From Clostridiales bacterium (GTDB lineage: Bacteria > Bacillota > Clostridia > Saccharofermentanales > Saccharofermentanaceae), in the NCBI GenBank assembly GCA_017513085.1, contig JAFWDK010000010.1:192001-256000 (forward strand): a stretch of DNA of 64,000 bases, in the 5' to 3' direction. Below are positions 50,626-58,984 of this stretch, piece after piece (the first letter of the stretch is position 1; the number at the start of each line of letters is the position of its first letter). The position numbers and the translations under genes were made by a program. The notes beneath the pieces are model-generated. The model ran no database searches, was not told where the DNA came from, and saw only the letters and a list, made by a program, of their open reading frames with translations.

Positions 50626-50650
50626 AAACTGCCTTTCGGCAGTTTTTATT
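50621..50650. terminator. Bidirectional terminator
   Basis: AATAAAAACTGCC-TTTC-GGCAGTTTTTATT between convergent ORFs. Confidence 0.88.
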
Positions 50651-50663
50651 TTCTTTGATCAAC

Positions 50664-51869
50664 TCATTTTTCATACTCATATATACCCAGCGTGCTGATA
50701 AGCGTCTTGGATATTCCGTTATCCATGCTTTCTATTGATCCGTCATATGTGAATGAAGTAGTGTAGACGAAAGAATAATCAAAATCGGTTTTGAGAAGTT
50801 CGTCCAGAAAACTATCCAGAAATGCCGGTTCAGAAGAGATCTTCCTTGGGTTGCCTTCATATTCGCTCATCATTTTTTGAAGTATAGCCTGAATTGTCGA
50901 GTCAAAGTCTTTTGGTGCGTGAAAGCTTACAGATATGTCGACAGAACTTGTCGATACGGCTTTTTCGTTGACCTGAAATGCGGATTTTTCATAAACTTTG
51001 TCCATGTATGCATATACCTTGTTTAACTGGGAGTCTGTCAGATCTTCCATGTCAAATCCGATGTAATAGATGAAAGATTTTGCAAGCTGTTTACGATAGG
51101 AAAGAATGTAGTTCTGTGCATCTGCCTTTTCGTCGATTTCAAGAATAAGCGACGGGTCATTCTGAGCAACCGCATGGATCGTTATGTTGACATACTCGAT
51201 CGGGTCGAGAGTAAAAAAACAATCCAATGTTATACTTGAGACGACCCGCTCGTTTTCATCGTTTTGCTTCGCTTGAAGCGTGAACGTGCATTTTAGACCA
51301 TCTTTCGATTTGAAACTTTTTGTATAGTTACAATATGCTCCTGCGTCATCGACATTATCAAAGGCAAAACCATCATCTGTGTAGGCATACAGTTCTTTTT
51401 CGGTCGGAATTCGCGTTTCCCAGACAACGATACCTCCGGAAACCATTGAGTTTCCGGAGTATCTGTCCAGTACGATCCGTCCGACCATAGCATCTTCAAG
51501 TTTGACTTGCTCTTTTGAATTATTGAAAATGTCGGCGTAACAGATTTTGGTGATTGTCCCGACAACCTGATGTAGTTCGACTTTGTATTTATACCAAGTA
51601 TGGGGAAGTAGAGTTACTTCTGCGTCTTTCGGGTTGGCATATGACCATCCGTTATTCAAAAAGCTCTTCAGTTGAGTCGGAAACTCATACATTGCTCCTT
51701 GAAGATAAAACTGTCCCATGTTCCCGGCAGAAAGCTTAGAAGGCAACTGCGTACGGATTTCGTTCTGCCAGTCCGTGCTGTCTTTTTTCTTAACCAGACC
51801 ACAGCCTACTGATGAAACGATGATCAGTAGGGATAAAAGGAGAATGGTAATTGACGCTTTATGGCTCAT
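50664..51869 (-). CDS. Uncharacterised lipoprotein (401 aa)
   Basis: Signal peptide with lipobox SVGC. No family confidently recognised. Confidence 0.75.
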   Translation of the reverse strand: MSHKASITILLLSLLIIVSSVGCGLVKKKDSTDWQNEIRTQLPSKLSAGNMGQFYLQGAMYEFPTQLKSFLNNGWSYANPKDAEVTLLPHTWYKYKVELHQVVGTITKICYADIFNNSKEQVKLEDAMVGRIVLDRYSGNSMVSGGIVVWETRIPTEKELYAYTDDGFAFDNVDDAGAYCNYTKSFKSKDGLKCTFTLQAKQNDENERVVSSITLDCFFTLDPIEYVNITIHAVAQNDPSLILEIDEKADAQNYILSYRKQLAKSFIYYIGFDMEDLTDSQLNKVYAYMDKVYEKSAFQVNEKAVSTSSVDISVSFHAPKDFDSTIQAILQKMMSEYEGNPRKISSEPAFLDSFLDELLKTDFDYSFVYTTSFTYDGSIESMDNGISKTLISTLGIYEYEK

Positions 51870-51905
51870 CCGTTGATTTTCCTTCGTTGAAAGATTTACT
51901 AGGTC

Positions 51906-53030
51906 TTAAATATATACGTTTCCCGACGCACTTTCCGGATTGAAGATAGAAGAGGCCTGCTCGTCAGTAAGTGTAATTCCGAACAGATCTTTGTAATAAT
52001 CTTTAGTTTCTTTGGTGATGTCGATATCAGCAAAAAGATCCGGATATGCGCATTTGGCCAGGAAGAGAAGAGTGATAGGTGTATCTGCACCCGGCGTGTA
52101 GCTTCTGTACATACCTAAAGGCATCTTAAAGACCTGCTTGTCCTTAATTGCTTTCACTTCGCTCCAGTCATAGTTTCCGATCGTATTGTCGTAGAGATCC
52201 TGAGGGTATGCCTGGTTAAAGTTGGTAATAAATATCAGATCCGGGTTCCATGTGTAGATCTGTTCAATGTTTACCGCAACCGAGTTGTCTGTCGTTAATT
52301 CTTCGCCTACGTTTACTGCACCGATTGCTTCCGCCCAGAATTCACCGAAGAAAAGCTTTCCGGATGTAGTAATACTGGTGTCGCTGATCTGGAAAAGGAA
52401 GAAAACGCGTCGTTTGTCTTCCGGTTTTAATGAAGAAACACGTTCTTGTACAAGTTTGTAGATTTCATTGGAACGTTTGGCGACTTTGTCAGCCTTTTCG
52501 TTCTCTGCAAAGATCTCACCTAACAGTGCAAACCAGTTATTCAGTGTTTCAATCGTATTGTACTGCCACTTGTTTACGGAAACTCCGATTGCCGCGAATC
52601 CGCGTGATCTTAAAAGTTCGCCTAATTCCTTGTTGGAGCCGCTGTAGAAGACGACATCCGGTTCGAGTTTGGTAAGTTCTTCGATGTTTACATTAGAACC
52701 GTCCATGAACGATGTGGAGGCTTTCAGGATATCCGGATAAAGCTGGCCGAGAAGACCATTCTTGGCTGCGATCATGCTGGCTTCGTTCATTCCAACTATC
52801 TTTTCTGCGGAATCAAAGAAAACGGTCAGTACAGAAGGAAGAGGGAGAATGTCACACACGACAATGCGGTCGATCTTGTTTTTTACTTCGACCTGTACGC
52901 CGTTGTGATCCGTAACGATATGCGTCCCGTTTTCATCTTTCTTTTCCGTTTTTTTGCAAGCCACGCTACTGAAACATACAAGTGCTGTCAGCAAGGCAAG
53001 GATCAAGGAAATACTGCGTTTGAAATTCAT
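51906..53030 (-). CDS. ABC transporter substrate-binding lipoprotein, class III (BtuF/FecB/HmuT-like)
   Basis: Lipobox SVAC; VTD..G..V, IDRIV, N.EEL..L.PD.V, V..EQI..WNPD.I, AIK..QV. Confidence 0.9.
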   Translation of the reverse strand: MNFKRSISLILALLTALVCFSSVACKKTEKKDENGTHIVTDHNGVQVEVKNKIDRIVVCDILPLPSVLTVFFDSAEKIVGMNEASMIAAKNGLLGQLYPDILKASTSFMDGSNVNIEELTKLEPDVVFYSGSNKELGELLRSRGFAAIGVSVNKWQYNTIETLNNWFALLGEIFAENEKADKVAKRSNEIYKLVQERVSSLKPEDKRRVFFLFQISDTSITTSGKLFFGEFWAEAIGAVNVGEELTTDNSVAVNIEQIYTWNPDLIFITNFNQAYPQDLYDNTIGNYDWSEVKAIKDKQVFKMPLGMYRSYTPGADTPITLLFLAKCAYPDLFADIDITKETKDYYKDLFGITLTDEQASSIFNPESASGNVYI

Positions 53031-53050
53031 GTGTTTTTTACCTTCTTTTC

Positions 53051-54190
53051 TTAAAGTTTTTCGGCAATATATGAAATATCACCGATCAAGTTAGGAATAT
53101 CTTTTCGAAAGATCCTTCCGGAGTAGGCTTCATGCGGAAGAGCGATGAATGCTGCCTTTTCCGTCAGAACATTTCGGTAAATAGGGTCGGAAATGACCGT
53201 TCCGGCGCCGCGAAGAGCATCGTCAATGTCTTCTTCGTAAGGCGTGTAACGATCACAAGAACGTAACTTCGGTCCATCGTTGGTGGGACAAAGCACGGAA
53301 AAATGTCTATTGGTTTCCAGGGCAAGTGCTTTTGCCAAGGAAAGTGAAGAAATCTCTTCTCCGATGATGAAGCAGCCGTCTTCCGTTTCAGGATCATTGA
53401 AATCGATTGCCGCTTCTTTTCCGTCAGCGAGAAGAGATAGAGTTTCCAGTATCTTGCCGGTTAACTGAGAGCCATAAGGAACTGCCTCGAGATACGGGGT
53501 CCCGAAAGTCTCTTTCAGGTACTCCGCCGTGGCGCGGCCTGTCGAAGAAACAACCAGGTTTACACTGGCCGAACCGATATTCTCTATGGATTCCCAGGTC
53601 GTATTCATCGCAAGAGTAGCGTTGACTGTCCAGCCGTTTTTCTCGAAAAGCTCCCGAAGCGACTCGCATTGACCGTTGGTGGAGAAATCAAGCGGAGTAA
53701 GCCCGATTATGTTGAGGACGCGATTCCCGCTTGGGGTTATTTCTTTTATTGAAAAGCGCTCAACGATTGCACGTAGTGCCATGGAAGCTCCGGAAACGTA
53801 GGTTTTCATTCCCGTGGTGGAGAAGCCGAATGCCGGGATCCCGGTTTCGTTTTCAATCTGGAATGCGACACTTTCCGCGTCAAAACCTGTCATGGCCGGA
53901 ATCGGTGTTCCCGCAATCGCTATGAAGCGAGGGTGAAAACGCTTAGCTTCTGTGACGATATCCTCGATCAGTTTGTTATCGTCGCCCATGATGGCTTCGA
54001 GTTCTGAGATAGCCGATACGAAAAGCATGCTGTCCATATCGAACCATCTTGGCTCGTCGTGTGTGGTGTAAGTGGAGTTGCAGCCGGATGCATCATGAAT
54101 GATGACCATTCCGCCGAGTTCAAATAGCATTGATGCGACGCCAAAAGCATCTGCACTATATGTAGATAAAATTCTGCTTGTTTGTTTCAT
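53051..54190 (-). CDS. Nitrogenase component 1-like subunit (beta/BchB-like)
   Basis: IIHDASGC, AIMG...KL, AMTG.D, NIIG.TP.D, NLVVS..G..AEYL...FGTPY. ATGA overlap with the upstream gene. Confidence 0.85.
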   Translation of the reverse strand: MKQTSRILSTYSADAFGVASMLFELGGMVIIHDASGCNSTYTTHDEPRWFDMDSMLFVSAISELEAIMGDDNKLIEDIVTEAKRFHPRFIAIAGTPIPAMTGFDAESVAFQIENETGIPAFGFSTTGMKTYVSGASMALRAIVERFSIKEITPSGNRVLNIIGLTPLDFSTNGQCESLRELFEKNGWTVNATLAMNTTWESIENIGSASVNLVVSSTGRATAEYLKETFGTPYLEAVPYGSQLTGKILETLSLLADGKEAAIDFNDPETEDGCFIIGEEISSLSLAKALALETNRHFSVLCPTNDGPKLRSCDRYTPYEEDIDDALRGAGTVISDPIYRNVLTEKAAFIALPHEAYSGRIFRKDIPNLIGDISYIAEKL

Positions 54191-55518
54191 ATACAGCTTT
54201 CGCACCCCCATGCTTTTTTCTGGATCAATGTACGGATGTCTTTTTCGTTTTCAACAGCATCCAGCATCAGGCGGCAAAGCTCAGTGATTGCCTGATAACC
54301 GTACAGACCGCCATTTTCGACAATGTTGACAAAGTGCGGGGCGGTATTGAAATGAGCAGCTTTTTGACCGATACAAAGATAATCAGAAGCCTTCCGGTCG
54401 GAGGCGAAGCGCATTTGCGCATCAAGAGTCGGCCAGATCTCCAGATCCGGTTCTTGCTGACAGAGGTAATCGAAATCGCTTTTTTCTTCGCCGGTAAAAG
54501 AATCCGCATAGACTCTTTTTACATTGAATCCATGAGAAAGAAGGAGACGAGCCAATCCGAGCGGGCGGCTGAAAGCGGCAAAATCAATAGCTATCGGTGT
54601 CTGACCGATCGTTTCTTTCACTTTGGATAATGACTCTTCGCAAAGGGACTCTTCCTTATCAAAGTCGGGAAGCCGGATCGGAACATGAAAGGCCAGTTCC
54701 CGGACATTCTTTCTGATTTCCTCATAACTGAATGTGAAGGGGAGATACAGGAGCTTTCCGCCGAGACGGGCCTGCAGATCTTCTCCGCCGGCCTTGGCAG
54801 ACGGATAATCGGCGATATAGTATTCCGCCGCCGCCATTTCCTGGTACTCCTCATAGGTTTTGCATTCGGTAAGCTCATATATCCGGATTCCTGCTTCGGA
54901 AAGAGCTTTATAGAGGGTACTGTCTTTGGCTGTTGAGAAATCGTTCCCTATAAAAGCAACTGTACCTTTCTGAATCGGCCTTGGTTTGAGAAGACTGTAA
55001 AAACGGCTTCTCATGATCTGGTCCGGTGTCCGTCCACTCTTTCTCATGATCGGATTCATGTAACAGTCGGTGAAATCGATATCCGGATGTTTTTTCCTCA
55101 GCTCACGGTACACAAGCTCCAGATCACAGCCGCAAAAATGATGTACGCAACTTGTATACACCAGAACACACGGCGGTTTTTGCGGGAGTTGATCGATAAT
55201 ATGTGATACGCCATCGACGATCAATTCCTCCATGTTCCCGTCGACAAGGTTTTGTTCCTCGACGGCAACCGTGGAAAAGCGTTTCTCTGCCCGCATTTCA
55301 TAAGCAGTTAGGACAACTCCTCGAAGGCAGCTTGCGGCACATACGAAGATTTCATGCGCTTCCGGAATCAGCATCCCTTGGTGCGCTATGTTCCATGTAC
55401 CACGGGCAGGGGAGGAGAATTCCAGTCCTGCGTGAAAAGGACTCGGGAAATTACAATCCCTGATCTTGATCGGTTCTATATCTACCTCATGTCCATTTAC
55501 TTTTCTTAACATGATCAT
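54187..55518 (-). CDS. Nitrogenase component 1-like subunit (alpha/BchN-like)
   Basis: FVCAASC.RG, LV.GN.E, YTSC.HHF.G.D..., GLYGY..I..L; adjacent to a nifH-like gene. Confidence 0.85.
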   Translation of the reverse strand: MIMLRKVNGHEVDIEPIKIRDCNFPSPFHAGLEFSSPARGTWNIAHQGMLIPEAHEIFVCAASCLRGVVLTAYEMRAEKRFSTVAVEEQNLVDGNMEELIVDGVSHIIDQLPQKPPCVLVYTSCVHHFCGCDLELVYRELRKKHPDIDFTDCYMNPIMRKSGRTPDQIMRSRFYSLLKPRPIQKGTVAFIGNDFSTAKDSTLYKALSEAGIRIYELTECKTYEEYQEMAAAEYYIADYPSAKAGGEDLQARLGGKLLYLPFTFSYEEIRKNVRELAFHVPIRLPDFDKEESLCEESLSKVKETIGQTPIAIDFAAFSRPLGLARLLLSHGFNVKRVYADSFTGEEKSDFDYLCQQEPDLEIWPTLDAQMRFASDRKASDYLCIGQKAAHFNTAPHFVNIVENGGLYGYQAITELCRLMLDAVENEKDIRTLIQKKAWGCESCI

Positions 55519-56270
55519 TCCTCACAGCACTGTAATAAATCCGACGCCAGTTTTCTGTATTCCGAAGCCATATCGCTATCCGGAAATGCTTCGATCACAG
55601 TCTTTCCAAGGTCTTCTGCTTCGGTTACAAGATTGGAACGGGAAAGAGTACCTACGATCTTAGAATGAATATCGTCACAAAGTTCCTGAACCTTAGCTTC
55701 TTCGTCTTTGACGTTTCTTCTGTTCAAGATCACTCCACCGAGAGAGGCATAGCCGCGTCCCTGAAAATTATCCAGTGCCATAGCGATATTGGCAGCGGCA
55801 TGAATCGCCATGTTTTCTCCGGAAGTGATGACAAAGACTTTGTCCGCATAGCCGCCTCGCATCGGCATGGAGAAACCACCGCAGACTACGTCTCCAAGAA
55901 CGTCATAAAGGACAACATCGGGTTTAAATACCTCGTATGCCCCCTTTTCTTTTAACTTGTCCAGTGCGGCGATGATTCCTCGGCCGGCACAGCCAAGCCC
56001 CGGAGTCGGACCACCTGCTTCGACGCAGATCACGCCCTTATAGCCGGTTTTGACCATTTCCTCCAACGTAAGTTCTTTACCACGCTCACGAACAAGTTCC
56101 AGAACCGTTTTCACTTTCTTTTCGCCATGAAGCGAAAGTGTGGAATCTGCTTTTGGATCACAGCCGATCTGCATGACGCGCAAGCCGCGGTCAGCCAATG
56201 CTGCGGAGATATTTGAAACGGTCGTGGATTTTCCGATTCCGCCTTTGCCGTAAATCGCGATTTTGATCAT
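55515..56270 (-). CDS. NifH/BchL/CfbC-like iron protein (group IV nitrogenase-like reductase)
   Basis: [43 protein letters not shown]; both [4Fe-4S] cysteines present. Confidence 0.95.
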   Translation of the reverse strand: MIKIAIYGKGGIGKSTTVSNISAALADRGLRVMQIGCDPKADSTLSLHGEKKVKTVLELVRERGKELTLEEMVKTGYKGVICVEAGGPTPGLGCAGRGIIAALDKLKEKGAYEVFKPDVVLYDVLGDVVCGGFSMPMRGGYADKVFVITSGENMAIHAAANIAMALDNFQGRGYASLGGVILNRRNVKDEEAKVQELCDDIHSKIVGTLSRSNLVTEAEDLGKTVIEAFPDSDMASEYRKLASDLLQCCEE

Positions 56271-57334
56271 TATAATTCCTCCTTTGCGTAGGTAACTTTA
56301 CAACTAACGTTCGGTATCAGTGAAAGCTGGTGCGCAAGCATACGGATCCTCTCGGCACTGCCGTCCAGATTGACACTGATGAGATACAGATCTCTCTTTC
56401 TATGGGGCATCCCCATACGACCGAATAAAATATCATTGAAATCGTGAAGAATAGAATTGATCCGTTCTGATTCCTCATATTTACTGCAAATGATAGACAG
56501 TGTCGCCAGGACGTCACAATCTTCTTTGCCGGTATTTTTCTGATCTTCGTGATCGGTCAGAGCAACAGGAATGACATTGGCGATCATATTGTTATCTGTC
56601 TCAAACTGGCCGATATAAGCTTTTACGCCAAAAGCACTCTCAATATTCTCTTCCGTGATGATCTTCGGGGTCGGTCCGAAGAGTACTTTTCCGTGATCGA
56701 TCAGGATCGATTTGGCGGAGCGTCGCAGAGCGTGTTCCGGATAATGCGTGTTGAACAAGATGCCGATACCTTCTGAACTGAGTTTCGTGAGAGTATCCAG
56801 TACGATCATCTGGTTCTTAAAATCCAGATTGGATTCCGGTTCGTCAAGTACGATGATCCCTGCGTGCGAAACAAGTGAACGCGCGATCCTTGTCATCTGG
56901 AGCTCACCACCACTGATCTCGTTGCATTTTCTGTCTCGAAGATGAAGAATATGAAGCCGGTCCAGAGTCTGTTCGGCAAGCTCGATGTCTTTTGCTTTCG
57001 GCGTAGAGAACATGCCGATCTGGTTAGTCATGCCCAGCAAAACAGATTGCAGGACTGTATAACTGCCACCTCGATGGTTATTCTGCGGGACATAGGCAAG
57101 CTTGGACCAAAGCCTGGATGGTTCAAAATCAGAAATGTTTTCGCCGTCCAGAGTACTCATGCCATGCGTCCACTTTAAAAGTCCCATGGAGGCGCGAAGC
57201 AACGTGGTTTTTCCGGCACCGTTCGGCCCGAGGATGCTGACCATCTCGCCACTTTCGACAGAGAAATTCACGTTCTCATATAAACTTTTTCCTTTCTTAT
57301 AGCCGAAAGACGCGTCCTTTATTTCAAATTTCAT
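56270..57334 (-). CDS. FecE/BtuD-type ABC ATPase with a C-terminal TM1266-like (ACT/NikR-C) domain
   Basis: [28 protein letters not shown]-terminus INSILHDF...LFGRMGMP matches the 58337-58603 protein. Confidence 0.92.
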   Translation of the reverse strand: MKFEIKDASFGYKKGKSLYENVNFSVESGEMVSILGPNGAGKTTLLRASMGLLKWTHGMSTLDGENISDFEPSRLWSKLAYVPQNNHRGGSYTVLQSVLLGMTNQIGMFSTPKAKDIELAEQTLDRLHILHLRDRKCNEISGGELQMTRIARSLVSHAGIIVLDEPESNLDFKNQMIVLDTLTKLSSEGIGILFNTHYPEHALRRSAKSILIDHGKVLFGPTPKIITEENIESAFGVKAYIGQFETDNNMIANVIPVALTDHEDQKNTGKEDCDVLATLSIICSKYEESERINSILHDFNDILFGRMGMPHRKRDLYLISVNLDGSAERIRMLAHQLSLIPNVSCKVTYAKEEL

Positions 57335-58350
57335 AAAGACCAGCCTCCTTTCTTTCTCATCAGGAAAATAAAGAAGGGAGCGCCGATGATGGCGGTCAGT
57401 ATTGAGATCGGAAGTTCAGCAGCGGTCATGGAACGTGCAAGGGTATCTACAATGATCAGAAAAGTACCACCGAATGAAATGCATGCAGGTATCAGATGCC
57501 GGTGGTCATTGCCGAATACCATGCGGCACATATGCGGAACGATCAGTCCGACCCAGCCGACCTGGCCACACATGGAGATTGACGAAGCCGTAGCAATGGT
57601 CGCGCATAAAATAGCAATCATGCGGAGCCGTGGCATATTCACACCGGAAGAACAAGACTCCTCTTCGGACAACAAAAGAAGATTCAATCTCCATCTCAAA
57701 AGAAAAAGCACTGTCAGGCTTAGTGCAATCGGAATCACACCGATCAGCAGGGACGAATAGGTGGCGCTCTGAAGACTGCCCATAAGCCAGTACGTGATAG
57801 AAGGAAGCTGCTGTTCCTGATCCGCTGTGAATTTTACAAGAGAGACTAAAGCGGAGAACAAAGATCCCATGATAATACCGGAAAGAACGATCGTATTCAT
57901 GGCTTGATCTTTTCCTTTGGCGGCAAGGATCGTCAAAAATACGGCAAGACAACCGAATCCAAAAGATACCAGTTGCATCGGGATAAGGGAGAAGCCAAGA
58001 AGAATCGACAACACGGCACCGAAACTGCTTCCGCCTGCAACACCGAGCGTATCAGGTGTTGCCAAAGGATTCTGAAACAGGCTCTGAAAAAGCAGCCCGG
58101 CGCAGGAAAGCGCGCTTCCGACAACGAAAGCTAATAAAATGCGAGGAAGGCGAACGTTCCAGATCGTGATGTATGAAAGTTTGCTGACCTCAAATCCGTC
58201 GCTGAAACGTGACAGGACAGCACGAAAAACATCCGGGACAGAAACTATATACCGTCCTACGCAAAGCGAGAAAAGCAGAGCAAGTACCGGAAGTGCGATG
58301 AGAAGAAGAATATATCCGATTTTCCAGGAATCGTTTTTAGTTGCCATCAT
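57331..58350 (-). CDS. FecCD/BtuC-family ABC permease
   Basis: VRLPR, Q.LFQNPLA.PD.LGV..G, WLMGS, GWVGL.VPH, ELPI.ILTA.IGAPFF. Confidence 0.95.
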   Translation of the reverse strand: MMATKNDSWKIGYILLLIALPVLALLFSLCVGRYIVSVPDVFRAVLSRFSDGFEVSKLSYITIWNVRLPRILLAFVVGSALSCAGLLFQSLFQNPLATPDTLGVAGGSSFGAVLSILLGFSLIPMQLVSFGFGCLAVFLTILAAKGKDQAMNTIVLSGIIMGSLFSALVSLVKFTADQEQQLPSITYWLMGSLQSATYSSLLIGVIPIALSLTVLFLLRWRLNLLLLSEEESCSSGVNMPRLRMIAILCATIATASSISMCGQVGWVGLIVPHMCRMVFGNDHRHLIPACISFGGTFLIIVDTLARSMTAAELPISILTAIIGAPFFIFLMRKKGGWSL

Positions 58351-58603
58351 GGTTGGTTACCACGTTAGAATAAGCTGTTTTGCTGGCGATGCCATCTAAA
58401 CGGCCGATCCGTCCGGACAGTGTATTGATATCGTCCTGCGGAGCGTCGATAGCGATGCTTATGATGCTGATCCCTTTTTCACGATAAGGAATGCCCATTC
58501 TGCCGATGATGTATTTTCCGTATTCGTGCAGGAGAGAATTCAGTTTCTCTACCGATTCGTTTTTTTCAACGATGATGCTGATCACAGCGACTCTGGTTTC
58601 CAT
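58337..58603 (-). CDS. TM1266 family protein (putative iron-only hydrogenase system regulator, ACT/NikR-C fold)
   Basis: METRVAVISIIVE....VE.LN.LLHEY..YIIGRMGIPY......IIS...DAP...IN.LSG.IG.L.G...K; 88 aa. Confidence 0.88.
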   Translation of the reverse strand: METRVAVISIIVEKNESVEKLNSLLHEYGKYIIGRMGIPYREKGISIISIAIDAPQDDINTLSGRIGRLDGIASKTAYSNVVTNHDGN

Positions 58604-58761
58604 AAAAGCCTTTCCGGACGAAAAAAAACATGTCCTTAAAAGACATGGCAACACAAAAATAGCTTAAGCAAGCATATGGTTGTCAGATCTTTCACTCAGT
58701 AATACTTCATGTCAGGCGACATATCTCTAGATAAAGTATCACGGAAACATCAATCAGTCAA
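58604..58761 (-). promoter_or_regulatory. Promoter plus structured 5' leader with an intrinsic terminator (candidate riboswitch/attenuator)
   Basis: Minus-strand TTGACT (58761-58756), 17-bp spacer, TG-n-TACTTT (58738-58733). Hairpin CAUGUC-UUUUAAG-GACAUG-U8 at 58647-58621, upstream of the first start codon. Confidence 0.7.
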
Positions 58762-58771
58762 TGAAATCTGC

Positions 58772-58800
58772 TTGACATATTTACAATAAATCGGTATATT
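58772..58800 (+). promoter_or_regulatory. SigA promoter of tRNA-Thr
   Basis: TTGACA, 17-bp spacer, TATATT. Confidence 0.75.
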
Positions 58801-58820
58801 TGTTGTGCTTCATTGTTGAT

Positions 58821-58895
58821 GCCAATGTGGCTCAGGGGTAGAGCAATTCACTCGTAATGAATAGGCCGTGGGTTCGATTCCCACCATTGGCTCCA
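58821..58895 (+). tRNA. tRNA-Thr (anticodon CGT)
   Basis: Acceptor GCCAATG/CATTGGC, anticodon arm ATTCA-CTCGTAA-TGAAT, GGTTCGATTCC, encoded CCA; 75 nt. Confidence 0.97.
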
Positions 58896-58933
58896 GGACA
58901 CGCGACGATATATATCGATGCGTGTCTTTTTTT
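58896..58933 (+). terminator. Terminator after tRNA-Thr
   Basis: GGACACGCG...TGCGTGTCT followed by a T-run. Confidence 0.8.
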
Positions 58934-58984
58934 GTTTGATTTAATGTATAATAATCTTAGTTCGTTAACAGGAGCAGAAAGTAC

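Noticed and set aside
53051-56270. Nitrogen fixation (nifHDK) cluster
   Set aside because: Subunits are short, lack the P-cluster and FeMo-co ligand pattern, and no nifB/E/N or P-II genes are adjacent. Treated as group IV nitrogenase-like.
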